A stretch of DNA of 64,000 bases from assembly GCA_963830365.1 (NCBI GenBank), contig CAWHMU010000042.1, forward strand, positions 96,001-160,000, given 5' to 3'. Below, piece after piece: positions 49,623 through 59,288 of this stretch (the first letter of the stretch is position 1; each line of letters begins with the position of its first letter). The notes beneath the pieces are model-generated. The model was not told the origin of the DNA. It made no database searches and worked only from the letters and a program-made list of their open reading frames with translations. Made by a program: the position numbers and the translations under genes. The DNA comes from an uncultured Chlamydiae bacterium (GTDB lineage Bacteria > Chlamydiota > Chlamydiia > Chlamydiales > Parachlamydiaceae).

Positions 49623-50500
49623 CCGCGTTTGACAGCGCGGATGGCCATAAATAGCGGGATTTCTGAGCGGCCGCGATTTTCCATTTTGGCGGCGCCGCCC
49701 ACGCTGACTTTATCAGAGTGCCACTCTTCAATCAGTTCGATGGCAAAACCTGCCTCGTAAAGCCAGCGGCTGTAGTCTGCCAGCGGGTGGTGGAAGGACC
49801 AGGTGGTGGCCGACTGTTCTCCCTTGCTGGGATGTGCCTGGATGGGGATGCTTAAGGGGGAGGAATAGCGGTCGATGCGGCGGTATTGCACTTTTTGCTC
49901 TTCGTCCACCTTCCATGACGATTGGCGGGGAATGCGAAAGCAGGGGTGGTTCATGGCGATGACCAGGCAGCCATTTTTGGCGAGATGCTTGGCGGCATTC
50001 TCCAGGGCAAGCTTTGGGTGTTCCATATTCTGGATGGCCAGCACGATGGCGGCATGGGTGAAGTCGCATTTCTTTACGGGCAGCGCATGGGTGGCATCGG
50101 CGACGACATAATTGTGTTTGGCATTGGGATCGCTGGCTTTGGCCGTTTTGATTAGCGAGGGCGAGATGTCAACGCCGGTATAGTCGATGGAGGCCGGCAG
50201 ATGGCGCGCCAGCACGCCCGGGCCGCAGGCGAGGTCCAACAGGGACGGCGCGGCTGTCTTTTCGATGGCCAGCAGGCGCTGCACGCCGGGGAGTACGATA
50301 TGCTGGTGGTAGTAATGCCCCTCATCGCCGACGGAGCCGCGGTACCATTTTTCCACCGGTTCCCAAGAAGTTGAAGATTTTGAGGTTGAAGGCTTTGAAG
50401 TCGATGGTTTTGAGGTTGAAGGTTTTGAGGCGGCATGTCTTGAGCCTGCGGGCTTTGCAGAGCCATAGCGTGGACGGGGAGGTTGGTCGCGACGTGGCAT
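49619..50500 (-). CDS. Class I SAM-dependent methyltransferase
   Basis: LDLACGPG and GVDIS motifs; N-terminal SKPST tandem repeats. Confidence 0.88.
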   Translation of the reverse strand: MPRRDQPPRPRYGSAKPAGSRHAASKPSTSKPSTSKPSTSKSSTSWEPVEKWYRGSVGDEGHYYHQHIVLPGVQRLLAIEKTAAPSLLDLACGPGVLARHLPASIDYTGVDISPSLIKTAKASDPNAKHNYVVADATHALPVKKCDFTHAAIVLAIQNMEHPKLALENAAKHLAKNGCLVIAMNHPCFRIPRQSSWKVDEEQKVQYRRIDRYSSPLSIPIQAHPSKGEQSATTWSFHHPLADYSRWLYEAGFAIELIEEWHSDKVSVGGAAKMENRGRSEIPLFMAIRAVKRG

Positions 50501-50589
50501 ATTAACAATCCTTAAATTAAGAAAATCTAAAATCAGTATAGTGTTTAGTATGTTAAACTTAAACCTGGAAATGTGCAGAGGAGAGAGGC

Positions 50590-51018
50590 GTGACCAAGAT
50601 TTTAAGCGAATACCTAGGGGAATTGGAGTGCAGCCTGACGCATCAGCCTTCCCACATGGTCATCCATACCGACGCTCCTGCCGATATCGGCGGCAAGGCG
50701 CGCACATTTTCACCGACGGATCTGGTGGCGGGGGCATTGGTGAGTTGCATTGCCACCACGCTTGGGCTTTTCGGCAAACGGCAAGGCTGGGATTTCACGG
50801 GTATGAGACTGGAAGTCGTTAAGGAAATGGCCGATGCGCCCGACCGGCGCATCGCGCATTTGCCGGTACATGTCTGGATGCCTATCGATCTCCCGGCTGA
50901 TAAGCGTCAGTTGTGCCAGCGCGTTGCCACTACCTGTCCGGTGCATAAAAGCCTGCATCCGGGCATTGAAGCGCCGATCCATCTGCACTGGCCGGCAGAC
51001 CAGCCACAGTTAAGTTGA
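50590..51018 (+). CDS. OsmC-family protein
   Basis: TDAP...GG....SPTDL, SC and CPVHKSL motifs. Confidence 0.9.
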   Translation: MTKILSEYLGELECSLTHQPSHMVIHTDAPADIGGKARTFSPTDLVAGALVSCIATTLGLFGKRQGWDFTGMRLEVVKEMADAPDRRIAHLPVHVWMPIDLPADKRQLCQRVATTCPVHKSLHPGIEAPIHLHWPADQPQLS

Positions 51019-51324
51019 AGCCTCAGTACCCTGGCCGTCTATTTTTTGGGCGAGTTGATTCACCCTGACAGTCGCAGCCTTCTTTTGGTCCTGGGCGGCG
51101 GCCGCTTCGGCATCGGTGGGGCGGCGCGTGACCATGCTTGGGGTGTGGGCGGGATTAACAGCGGGGACGGTGAGACTAACTCTGCGCGGGTGGTAGAGAT
51201 TCTTATCGCTTAGGCTTTTTGTTAATATATGTTTAGCCTGGTCGGTTCGTGTGTGTGTAACGCTTTCATGTTTAGTGTTTTCCGTTTTAGTCTCTTTTGC
51301 CTCTTCTTTTGTGGATGTAGTCAA
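51010..51324 (-). CDS. Hypothetical protein
   Basis: 104-aa hydrophilic ORF; start uncertain. Confidence 0.45.
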   Translation of the reverse strand: MTTSTKEEAKETKTENTKHESVTHTRTDQAKHILTKSLSDKNLYHPRRVSLTVPAVNPAHTPSMVTRRPTDAEAAAAQDQKKAATVRVNQLAQKIDGQGTEAST

Positions 51325-51425
51325 ATCGATGGCAAACGGAGAACGGATTGACAGATATAATTTAAAAATATAACTTTATGTTAATGAGGTGTGAGGCCTC
51401 GCAACGCTTTTACCAAGGAAATAGC

Positions 51426-51839
51426 ATGAAAAGCCAGCCAAACCTTACTGACGTGCTCGCTACTTCGACTCAAGCCTTGAATGCCTACCATCAATTGCTA
51501 GCCAAAGAGCAGCCGAGCAAGCCAAAAACAGAGGACTTCGACCGTATCGCCAAAAAATTGACCGAGACCCGCGATGAACTTAAAAAAGGCATCCGCGATG
51601 GACGTATGACGCACGTAGCACCTGAAACACGCAATCAAATGGTTACAGCCATCAATAGTCTTTTGAATGATAAAACGACCGTCGATAAAATGGCAGCTGT
51701 ACGCATCGCCATTTATGCCGCCAACACCCCCTTCTTAGAAGTGTTAAGAAATATCCAAGAGCTGCTAAGAACGGTAGAAGGACTTAAAACTGCGCGCGGT
51801 GGACGGGCCGCGCCAATTGGTGACATGGATGTCTTATGA
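51426..51839 (+). CDS. Hypothetical helical protein
   Basis: AAGGA RBS; stop overlaps start of next gene (ATGA). Confidence 0.65.
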   Translation: MKSQPNLTDVLATSTQALNAYHQLLAKEQPSKPKTEDFDRIAKKLTETRDELKKGIRDGRMTHVAPETRNQMVTAINSLLNDKTTVDKMAAVRIAIYAANTPFLEVLRNIQELLRTVEGLKTARGGRAAPIGDMDVL

Positions 51840-52372
51840 AACAATGCGTGCTTGGTGCTTTGTGTCTTTTTGGATGCTGGTTTGCTTTGCCTGCCCAGGC
51901 TACCAGTCCGGCTGTTTTTCAACCTGAGGAGAAAATGATGAAGATAGAATCATCAGCATTTAAAAATGGCCAAACCATCCCCTTGAAATACACCTGCTCG
52001 GGTGATAATCTCTCGCCGCCGCTAAGCTTTAGCGGCATCCCCGCCGGCACTGAGAGCTTGGCCCTGATCGTAGACGATCCCGATGCCCCAGGCGGCACCT
52101 TCGACCATTGGATCGCCTGGAATATTCCTTCAGCTACGCAGGCCTTGGCCGAAGGCAGCCCGGTGCCCAAGCAAGGCAAAAATAGCTATCGCGTATTGGA
52201 CTATCGCGGACCCTGCCCGCCGCCCGGCAAGCCGCATCGTTATTTCTTCAAGCTGTACGCTCTGGACACTTTGCTCGACCAGCCCGAAGGCATTCCCAAA
52301 GGGCAGCTGGAAAAGGCCATGGCAGGGCATATCCTGGCTAAAGGCGAACTCATCGGGATTTTTCAGCGCTGA
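51836..52372 (+). CDS. YbhB/YbcL (PEBP) family protein
   Basis: DPDAP.G.F.HW, GPCPP and HRYFF.LYALD motifs. Confidence 0.93.
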   Translation: MKQCVLGALCLFGCWFALPAQATSPAVFQPEEKMMKIESSAFKNGQTIPLKYTCSGDNLSPPLSFSGIPAGTESLALIVDDPDAPGGTFDHWIAWNIPSATQALAEGSPVPKQGKNSYRVLDYRGPCPPPGKPHRYFFKLYALDTLLDQPEGIPKGQLEKAMAGHILAKGELIGIFQR

Positions 52373-52747
52373 TTTTATACCACGCGCGGTTAGTTTGTTT
52401 ACATTTTGGCTGGCTGGCCTATAGGCTAACAGGATTTCATATAATCCCTTCACTCACCGCGTTGAGTTAACGTCTGGACAATTGAACGCAAATCATCAAG
52501 ATTACGAGCCAGTCGATCCATGCTATGGACGAAAACCGTGTCTCCCGAGCGTACCTTACAATGACATTTTAAAAGTCTTTTTTGCGTGCGTGTCTCTTCA
52601 TATAGACAGGCCATTACTTACACATGGCGTTCTATCTATTTATCATTTATAATCAATTCAATCATTAAATTGGTCTGATAGTAGTTGATTTAAATTTAAT
52701 AAAAATGTTAAAATTTATTTTTTAACAACTAAACCAAGTTGGTTTTT

Positions 52748-53773
52748 ATGAAAAAAAAGCTTTTTTATGTTTATATTTTAATTACATGTCTCATTAGTTC
52801 ATTTCTGACTGCTGCTAATGCAAATGATAATCAGAATGAAAAAACCTCTACTCGATTCTATCCTGTTGGAGAACTAGGCGCTCAATGGACGTTAGGGAGT
52901 GACCATCTACCGGTCGGAGGAACAGTTGGCTCAATTCATTTTGTCCTGTGGAATATTTTGAATTCTGATGCTCTTCATCATATTTTGGGAAATGGACAGG
53001 GATTACGAGACAGTTTTATCATAACAGCCAATATTCCGTTGTATGACAACTTAACTCTCAGAGAATCAGTTGTTATTGATCAGGTTTTCGAAATGATTCA
53101 ACATTCCACGCATCCTCGCTCATTGTTAGCCTTACAAGAGACTTCTGAGAATGTCTATAAGAAATTACAAGAAAGTCTTCCATCCAATTTACAACTTTTA
53201 CCAACGGATGTTGAAGAGTTAAAGCATGGAGATGTTTTTATCTTCGATGAAAATATCTTTGATTTTATCGACTTCAAGTGCGCTCATTATAAAAGCAAGC
53301 CAAGTAAACATGGTAATACTTATATGACACTCACTTTGCTAGAGAAAGAGACTCGGATCATTTATAAGTTTGTTCAATCACATGTTCCTGGTGGCCCAGA
53401 TATAAATTCCATACCTGCACGGATTGAACTCGCAAATGCTGTTATAGGTGATTACAATCCAGAAGCCATCTCTGTTATTTTGGGAGATATGAATCGTTCT
53501 CCGGATTATTTCATCAAAGACTTTGAAATAGCAGCTCTTGAGCACGGTCTTGAACTGCAGCCATTTGAAATTATGTGGCCACCTTATGCTACCCACATTA
53601 ATACACATATGGAAGCTTCTTGGATTGATAATATTTTAATTGCAATTCCATCTGGTTATGAGTCAGTGATTCATTTAGAAGTCACTGGTGAAGCCCCAGC
53701 CTTCTTTAAAGATTTGCAAGACACATTCGATTTGCTGGAAAGTTTGCGACCATCAAACAATGGTGATACATAA
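52748..53773 (+). CDS. Secreted endonuclease/exonuclease/phosphatase (EEP)-fold protein
   Basis: Signal peptide; WNI, LQE, SH, GDMN and IDNI motifs; AT-rich. Confidence 0.7.
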   Translation: MKKKLFYVYILITCLISSFLTAANANDNQNEKTSTRFYPVGELGAQWTLGSDHLPVGGTVGSIHFVLWNILNSDALHHILGNGQGLRDSFIITANIPLYDNLTLRESVVIDQVFEMIQHSTHPRSLLALQETSENVYKKLQESLPSNLQLLPTDVEELKHGDVFIFDENIFDFIDFKCAHYKSKPSKHGNTYMTLTLLEKETRIIYKFVQSHVPGGPDINSIPARIELANAVIGDYNPEAISVILGDMNRSPDYFIKDFEIAALEHGLELQPFEIMWPPYATHINTHMEASWIDNILIAIPSGYESVIHLEVTGEAPAFFKDLQDTFDLLESLRPSNNGDT

Positions 53774-54172
53774 AAGGTAAATGAGAGAGTCACTTCAACA
53801 TTTATCTCTGCGCAGATGGAAACATATTAATTTAGTAGGTGATTATGTATTGCGACAGGACAAGTTGATGAAAAATGGTTCTTTCAGGCTAAAATCCTTA
53901 ACGTGCTTTATGATCCGAATTCTGAGCTGACCCCCAGATAGTCGGAGACAGAGGAGCCCTGGCCCAGAGGAAAAGAAGAGCCGGGCACCCCGTGGGACTG
54001 TTATTTGGATGTCAATGGTGGTAACGACCATAACCTGGAAGTTTTATATCCTGCCCTATCTGCTTAAAAATCCGTGTGACGACCCGCTGTATTTAGGACG
54101 TACGGATGCGCGCGGTATTTACACAGCGCGACCCATCAAACTGCGGCTTAGGCCCGCTAGAGGCTGGTATAT

Positions 54173-54760
54173 TCAATTTCCGCCAGCATTATTAAGAAAA
54201 ACGTGATAAAAAAGCAGCGCGGCGATCGTCTTGCCATCGATGATGGTGCCGTCCTTGACCATCTTAAGGGCCTTTTTCCATGAAACGATTTCCACTCTGA
54301 TGCGTTCGTTGTCATCCAAGGACTGGCCGACATGCGTCAGCTCATTGGCTACGAAAGTATACATCAGCTCGTTGCTGTAGCCGGGGGTCGTATAAAAGGC
54401 TGTCAGCTTTTCAATTAGGGCCGCCCGGTAACCCGTCTCTTCCACCAATTCCCGCGCCGCTGTCTGCGCTGGCGTTTCCCCAGGCTCTAAAGTTCCTGCC
54501 GGCAGCTCCCAAAGTTCTTGTTTCACCGCAAAGCGCTGGTTGTGGATCATGACGAGATTTTCTTTATCAATTAAGGGCAGGATCAGGACGGCGCCCGGGT
54601 GGACGATCACTTCACGCCGTACGGTCTGGCCTTCTTTGCCGGGGATAGTTAGAGCATGCACATTAAAGCGTACGCCGCTAAAGACTTTTGATGTCTCTTC
54701 AAAAGAGGGGGCTTCAATTTTAAAGGCTTTTGACTTATTGTCGTCGGATGATGTACGCAT
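54173..54760 (-). CDS. NUDIX hydrolase (ADP-ribose pyrophosphatase-like)
   Basis: ELPAG.LE.GE.....A.RELVEETGY Nudix box. Confidence 0.92.
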   Translation of the reverse strand: MRTSSDDNKSKAFKIEAPSFEETSKVFSGVRFNVHALTIPGKEGQTVRREVIVHPGAVLILPLIDKENLVMIHNQRFAVKQELWELPAGTLEPGETPAQTAARELVEETGYRAALIEKLTAFYTTPGYSNELMYTFVANELTHVGQSLDDNERIRVEIVSWKKALKMVKDGTIIDGKTIAALLFYHVFLNNAGGN

Positions 54761-54802
54761 TTTGCTTGATCCTTTATGAGATAACTCCAAGGAGTAGAAT
54801 AT

Positions 54803-55186
54803 ATGTCAGTTCCTGCGCAACAGTATTTATTGTTTTTTTGTGCTTTGCTGGGTTTTTTGGGGGTGGCGGTGGGGGCCTTTGGCGCACACGCCCTCAAGCA
54901 GCGTCTGACGCCCGACATGCTGGCGATATTTGAAGTCGGCGTGCGCTACCAGATGTACCACGTGCTGGCCATGGGCTTGGCAGCCTGGGTGTCTACGCTG
55001 ACCGGCGGCATGTGGGGCGCTTGGGCGGGCTGGCTGTTCTGTGTTGGCATCATCGTGTTTTCCGGCAGTCTTTATATATTGGCGCTTAGCGGCATACGCG
55101 CCTGGGGGGCGGTCACACCGATTGGCGGCTTGTTGTTTCTGCTGGGCTGGCTCTCTTTGGCTGTCGCCGCCTTTAAAAGTGTCTAG
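54803..55186 (+). CDS. DUF423 (YgdD/TMEM256) membrane protein
   Basis: GAFGAHAL, YQMYH, FSGSLY and TPIGG motifs. Confidence 0.92.
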   Translation: MSVPAQQYLLFFCALLGFLGVAVGAFGAHALKQRLTPDMLAIFEVGVRYQMYHVLAMGLAAWVSTLTGGMWGAWAGWLFCVGIIVFSGSLYILALSGIRAWGAVTPIGGLLFLLGWLSLAVAAFKSV

Positions 55187-55255
55187 ACGTAAATGGCTTA
55201 GATGGTAAATAATCGTTATGCGCCCCTTTTTAGCAAGCTAAGGAAAATAGTAACA

Positions 55256-56464
55256 ATGACAGATGCATCCTCTCAAAATCTCCCCTCGGCACACTCGCGC
55301 ACAGTAGTGCTAAAGACGGGCAAAGACAAACCCATCCGCAACCGGCACCACTGGATCTTCTCCGGCGCCGTGGCCCAATTGCCAGAATTCACCGACGGGG
55401 AATGTCTGCCTGTGAGCAGTGCTGGCGGCGACTTTTTGGGATGGGGGTATTTCAACCGCCATGCTAAAATCATCGGCCGCATGCTGACTTTTGAAGACAT
55501 CGCCATCAAAGAGGCGCTGCAGCGCCGTTTGCAAAGCGCCCTTGCTATGCGCGCCATGCTCTTTGCCGGACAGGAAACGAACGCCTATCGCCTGGTGAAT
55601 GGCGAAGGAGATATGCTGCCGGGGCTGATCATCGACCGTTATGACGATGTGGTGGTGATGCAGGTTTCGACTTTAGGCATGCAGCAATTGCGCCCTTTGA
55701 TTACCGAGTGGCTGGCCGATGTCCTAAAGCCCCGCTGCATCTACGAGAAATCGCTGCTGCCTTCGCGCAAAGAAGAGGGGCTGTCCGATGAACAAGGGGT
55801 GCTATTCGGCGGTAATGCCGCCGATGAGATCGTGATCAGTGAAAACGGCTTGAAGTTTGGTGTCTCTGTCTTGCATGGACAAAAGACCGGCTTCTTCCTC
55901 GACCATCGCGACATGCGGCAAATGGTCAGAGGGCTAGCCTTAGGCAAGCGCGTACTCAATTGCTTTGCCTATACCGGCGGTTTCAGCATCTATGCCGCCG
56001 CCGGCGGCGCGTTGGCGGTAGATTCCGTCGATATCTCGGCCAGCGCCATGCAGGTGGCAGAGCGCAATATGGCGCTCAACGGCTTTTCATCGGCAGCCCA
56101 TCATTTCTACAGTGCCGACGTGTTTGAATTTCTTAGGGAAAAGCCGTTGGATTATGACTTGGTGATTTTGGATCCGCCGGCCTTTGCCAAGCGGCAGAAG
56201 GATATCGTGGCCGCCTGCCGCGGCTATAAGGATATCAACCGCATCGCCATGCAGAAGATGCCTATGGGCGCGCTGTTGCTGACAAGCTCCTGTTCCTACC
56301 ATGTCGATGACACCCTCTTTCAAACCGTGGTCTTTCAGGCCGCCGTCGAAGCTAGGCGCCGCGTGAAAATCCTTTGCCGCCACCGCATGGCCGGCGATCA
56401 TCCCATCAATATCTGCCATCCCGAAAGTGATTATCTGAAAAGCCTATTGCTCTATATCGAATAG
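55256..56464 (+). CDS. rlmI: RlmI-like 23S rRNA m5C methyltransferase
   Basis: PUA-like HHWIFS; E.D.LPGLI.D.Y, GQKTGFFLD.R and LDPPAF motifs. Confidence 0.88.
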   Translation: MTDASSQNLPSAHSRTVVLKTGKDKPIRNRHHWIFSGAVAQLPEFTDGECLPVSSAGGDFLGWGYFNRHAKIIGRMLTFEDIAIKEALQRRLQSALAMRAMLFAGQETNAYRLVNGEGDMLPGLIIDRYDDVVVMQVSTLGMQQLRPLITEWLADVLKPRCIYEKSLLPSRKEEGLSDEQGVLFGGNAADEIVISENGLKFGVSVLHGQKTGFFLDHRDMRQMVRGLALGKRVLNCFAYTGGFSIYAAAGGALAVDSVDISASAMQVAERNMALNGFSSAAHHFYSADVFEFLREKPLDYDLVILDPPAFAKRQKDIVAACRGYKDINRIAMQKMPMGALLLTSSCSYHVDDTLFQTVVFQAAVEARRRVKILCRHRMAGDHPINICHPESDYLKSLLLYIE

Positions 56465-56474
56465 CTAGCAGCAT

Positions 56475-56580
56475 AACAGGATGGGCAAGATCGTCGCTTG
56501 GGCTCCGGCAGGATATACAGGATGGTTGACAGGTATATCCTCGGATTGCGGAGCCCAAACGACGATCCTGTCTATTCTGT
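56475..56580. repeat. ACAGGAT-type inverted repeat
   Basis: acaggatgggcaagatcgtcgcttgggctccg ... cggagcccaaacgacgatcctgtctattctgt. Confidence 0.7.
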
Positions 56581-56589
56581 ATATTTCAG

Positions 56590-56746
56590 ATTTGAAACAC
56601 AGAGTCATAGAGGACACGGAGAAAGAAATAGCTATGCCGTACCGACTGAACTTCGTTGGTCGTTTTCTTGTTTGCTCTTCTGTTACCTCTGTGCCTCTGT
56701 GTTTCTTGTTGCCTCGGTTGAGCTTAGTTGGTTGTTCTTCCCTATT
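56590..56746 (-). repeat. Solo inverted copy of the GxxExxY-array unit
   Basis: Reverse complement reads gggaagaacaaccaactaagctcaacc...gaaacacagaggcacagagg...cgaccaacgaagttcagtcggt...tagctatttctttctccgtgtcctctatgactctgtgtttcaaat. Confidence 0.92.
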
Positions 56747-56855
56747 TATTTTTTAGCTAGATGCGCATACATTGATATCCTGTTTTTTTGTAAATCCCGA
56801 ATATGATATGCTTTTATGAACTTCTTAAAAAAAAAATCGATAAAGCATAAGTTTT

Positions 56856-58142
56856 ATGAGCGAAAGTAACAAAAAATTCAAAATCGTCACCCTCGGCTGC
56901 CGCACCAATCAATATGAATCACAGGCCTACCAGGACCAACTGATCGCCCTAGGCTATCAGGCGGCCAATGAGGGCGAGGCGGCGGAAGTCTGTATCGTCA
57001 ATACCTGCACCGTGACAGAATCGGCCGACGGTTCCAGCCGCCACGAAATCCGCCAGCTGGCCCGCCAAAATCCCGGTTCTAAGCTGGTGGTGACAGGCTG
57101 CTTTGCCGACCGCCAGCCGGCTGCCGTGCGCGAATTAGAGGGGGTCAGCCATGTGGTTGCCAACCGCGACAAAGAGAATCTTTTGGCCAGCGTCTTTCCC
57201 GATGCCGAGCTGCCGGAATTTTCCATCAAACGTTTTGAATCACACACCAGGGCCTTTGTTAAAGTCCAGGATGGCTGCAACTCTTTCTGCACCTACTGTA
57301 TCATTCCGTATGTTAGAGGGCGCTCCCGCTCCCGTACGATCGATGACATCGTGCGTGAAGTCGAAGGTCTGGTGGCCAATGGTTTTAAAGAGGTGGTGCT
57401 GACAGGCATCAATATCGGCGATTTTGACGGCAACAAGCCTGAAGGGGAGGAACCCGACCGCCTCGTCGATCTGGTGCGCGCGGTCGACAACGTGCCCGGC
57501 TTGGCGCGGCTGCGCGTCTCGTCGATAGACCCCGATGAGGTCGATGACGATCTGCTGGATGCCATCATCAACGGGAAAAATACCTCCCCATCGATGCATG
57601 TCGTCTTGCAATCGGGTTCCAATGTCATCTTGAAGCGGATGAACCGCAAATACACCCGTCAGATGTTTATGGAAACGGTAGATCGCCTGCGCCATGCCTG
57701 TCCGGACTTCACCTTCACCACCGATGTCATCGTGGGCTTTCCGGGAGAGACTGAGGAAGATTTCGAAGATACGCTGGCGGTGATGCGCGAGGTGAAATTT
57801 GCCAAAGTGCATATGTTCCCTTATAGCGAAAGGCCGCGCACCAAGGCGGCCCTGATGCCTAATAAAGTGCCGCCGGAAATTATCAAAGAACGCAAGCAGA
57901 TAGTGCTGCGCCAGGCCGAGCATATCGCCCATGAGCTGCGTCAGGAATATGTAGGAAGGCGCATGAGCGTCCTCACAGAAAAAGGCGACAAGCTGCGCCC
58001 CGGCGAGATTTCCGGACATACCGATAATTTCCTGACGGTATGGCTGCCCGATAACGATTATGGGGCAAATAGGCTTGTGGAAGTGGAATTGGTAGAAAAT
58101 ACGCCGGAAGGGTTAATCGGTAGGGTACTCTATGCACATTGA
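56856..58142 (+). CDS. mtaB: tRNA t6A37 methylthiotransferase
   Basis: LGCRTNQYES, NTCTVT and KVQDGCNSFCTYCII radical SAM motif. Confidence 0.93.
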   Translation: MSESNKKFKIVTLGCRTNQYESQAYQDQLIALGYQAANEGEAAEVCIVNTCTVTESADGSSRHEIRQLARQNPGSKLVVTGCFADRQPAAVRELEGVSHVVANRDKENLLASVFPDAELPEFSIKRFESHTRAFVKVQDGCNSFCTYCIIPYVRGRSRSRTIDDIVREVEGLVANGFKEVVLTGINIGDFDGNKPEGEEPDRLVDLVRAVDNVPGLARLRVSSIDPDEVDDDLLDAIINGKNTSPSMHVVLQSGSNVILKRMNRKYTRQMFMETVDRLRHACPDFTFTTDVIVGFPGETEEDFEDTLAVMREVKFAKVHMFPYSERPRTKAALMPNKVPPEIIKERKQIVLRQAEHIAHELRQEYVGRRMSVLTEKGDKLRPGEISGHTDNFLTVWLPDNDYGANRLVEVELVENTPEGLIGRVLYAH

Positions 58143-59271
58143 AATTGCCGAGCGCCTAAGACCTTTTAGTCATCTTCCAGGCAGCTATGTCGTGTTGCCA
58201 GGCAGCAGCCTGCGCCTGCACATTTTTCCGACAAAGGTGGTCATTGATGAGCTGGCCGGCAGTGTGCCAGCGACGCTGGCCGTGTTAACCTTTGCTGTGG
58301 CCGGACCGTTAAAGGATTTTACGGTGGTGCAGGATCTTGAGAAGGGTATAGTCCAGGTGATGGGTAAGGGCGTGCTGGGTCATTTCCGCTATTGCCTGGC
58401 GGCCCTGGCCGGCGGGCAGGGGATAGCGCTATCTTTTGAGAAGGTGCCGCCGCCGGCGATTGATTTAAGCTGCCATGGTGTCTGGCAGCTTGGCGGCGAG
58501 GAAACTGTCAAGCAAGGCGACACACGTCTCATCGGACCATCGGTGCATGGTGCCGTGCAGCCCAAAAGCGCCAGCCTGCTACGCCAGAGCCTGCCCCTCA
58601 TCGACCGTCTTTCCTTGGGCAACCACAAGGCTCAAGACTGGGCGTTGATGCGCCGCCGCCTGGATTTTAGTGAAATATTCCCTCTCTGGCACCGCTTAGG
58701 TCAACTGGTCACAAATGATACTCCTCAGACATCTATGGGGACAGCTTCGCTGCTTGAAGAATGCCGCGCGGCGATTTGCGCTAACGCGCCGGAGCATATT
58801 CTACCCCATTTCCAGCGCCTCTTCCTGACGGGTTTCGATGGCGCCCTTTCACCGCGGCTTGAGGACAGCGATTTTCATGGCCTCGCCCTGCCGGAGATCG
58901 ACCGCCGCCAGCCGGCATCCCCTCTACAGCTGCTGCAGCAGGGGGCGGAACTCATCCGTTCATTGTTCATCAAAGATCGTGGCGACAGCCTAGAGCTGTT
59001 GCCGGCCTTGCCGCCGCAATTCCATTGCGGACGCCTGCTCAATGTGGCTGGCGGACAGGGAATTGTTTCTTTGGAATGGACCAAAAAGGCCATCCGATGC
59101 GCCATCTTGCATGCCACCAAGACCGGCCGCATAGCATTGGCATGCGCCGATGGCGCAAAACATTGCCGACTGCGCCTGTCCAATCACGACCGCGGCTGCC
59201 GCTATTTGGTCGCTGCCGCCATCGATGTCGTCGCCGGACAAGATTATTGGTTTGATAATTTCGAGCATTAG
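58132..59271 (+). CDS. Conserved chlamydial hypothetical protein upstream of glgB
   Basis: RPFSH.PG and LLPALP..FHCGR motifs; glycoside-hydrolase-like C-terminal beta domain (inferred). Confidence 0.75.
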   Translation: MHIEIAERLRPFSHLPGSYVVLPGSSLRLHIFPTKVVIDELAGSVPATLAVLTFAVAGPLKDFTVVQDLEKGIVQVMGKGVLGHFRYCLAALAGGQGIALSFEKVPPPAIDLSCHGVWQLGGEETVKQGDTRLIGPSVHGAVQPKSASLLRQSLPLIDRLSLGNHKAQDWALMRRRLDFSEIFPLWHRLGQLVTNDTPQTSMGTASLLEECRAAICANAPEHILPHFQRLFLTGFDGALSPRLEDSDFHGLALPEIDRRQPASPLQLLQQGAELIRSLFIKDRGDSLELLPALPPQFHCGRLLNVAGGQGIVSLEWTKKAIRCAILHATKTGRIALACADGAKHCRLRLSNHDRGCRYLVAAAIDVVAGQDYWFDNFEH

Positions 59272-59288
59272 TTATATATACTGTATCT

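Noticed and set aside
50372..50432. 15-bp tandem repeats encoding SKPST in the methyltransferase N-terminus
   Set aside because: Ordinary in-frame low-complexity linker expansion.
53880..54170. Possible riboswitch or ncRNA (GC-rich stems, GGGGTGCC on minus strand)
   Set aside because: Remaining TPP riboswitch core motifs were not found and there is no suitable downstream gene; cannot be supported without an Rfam search.
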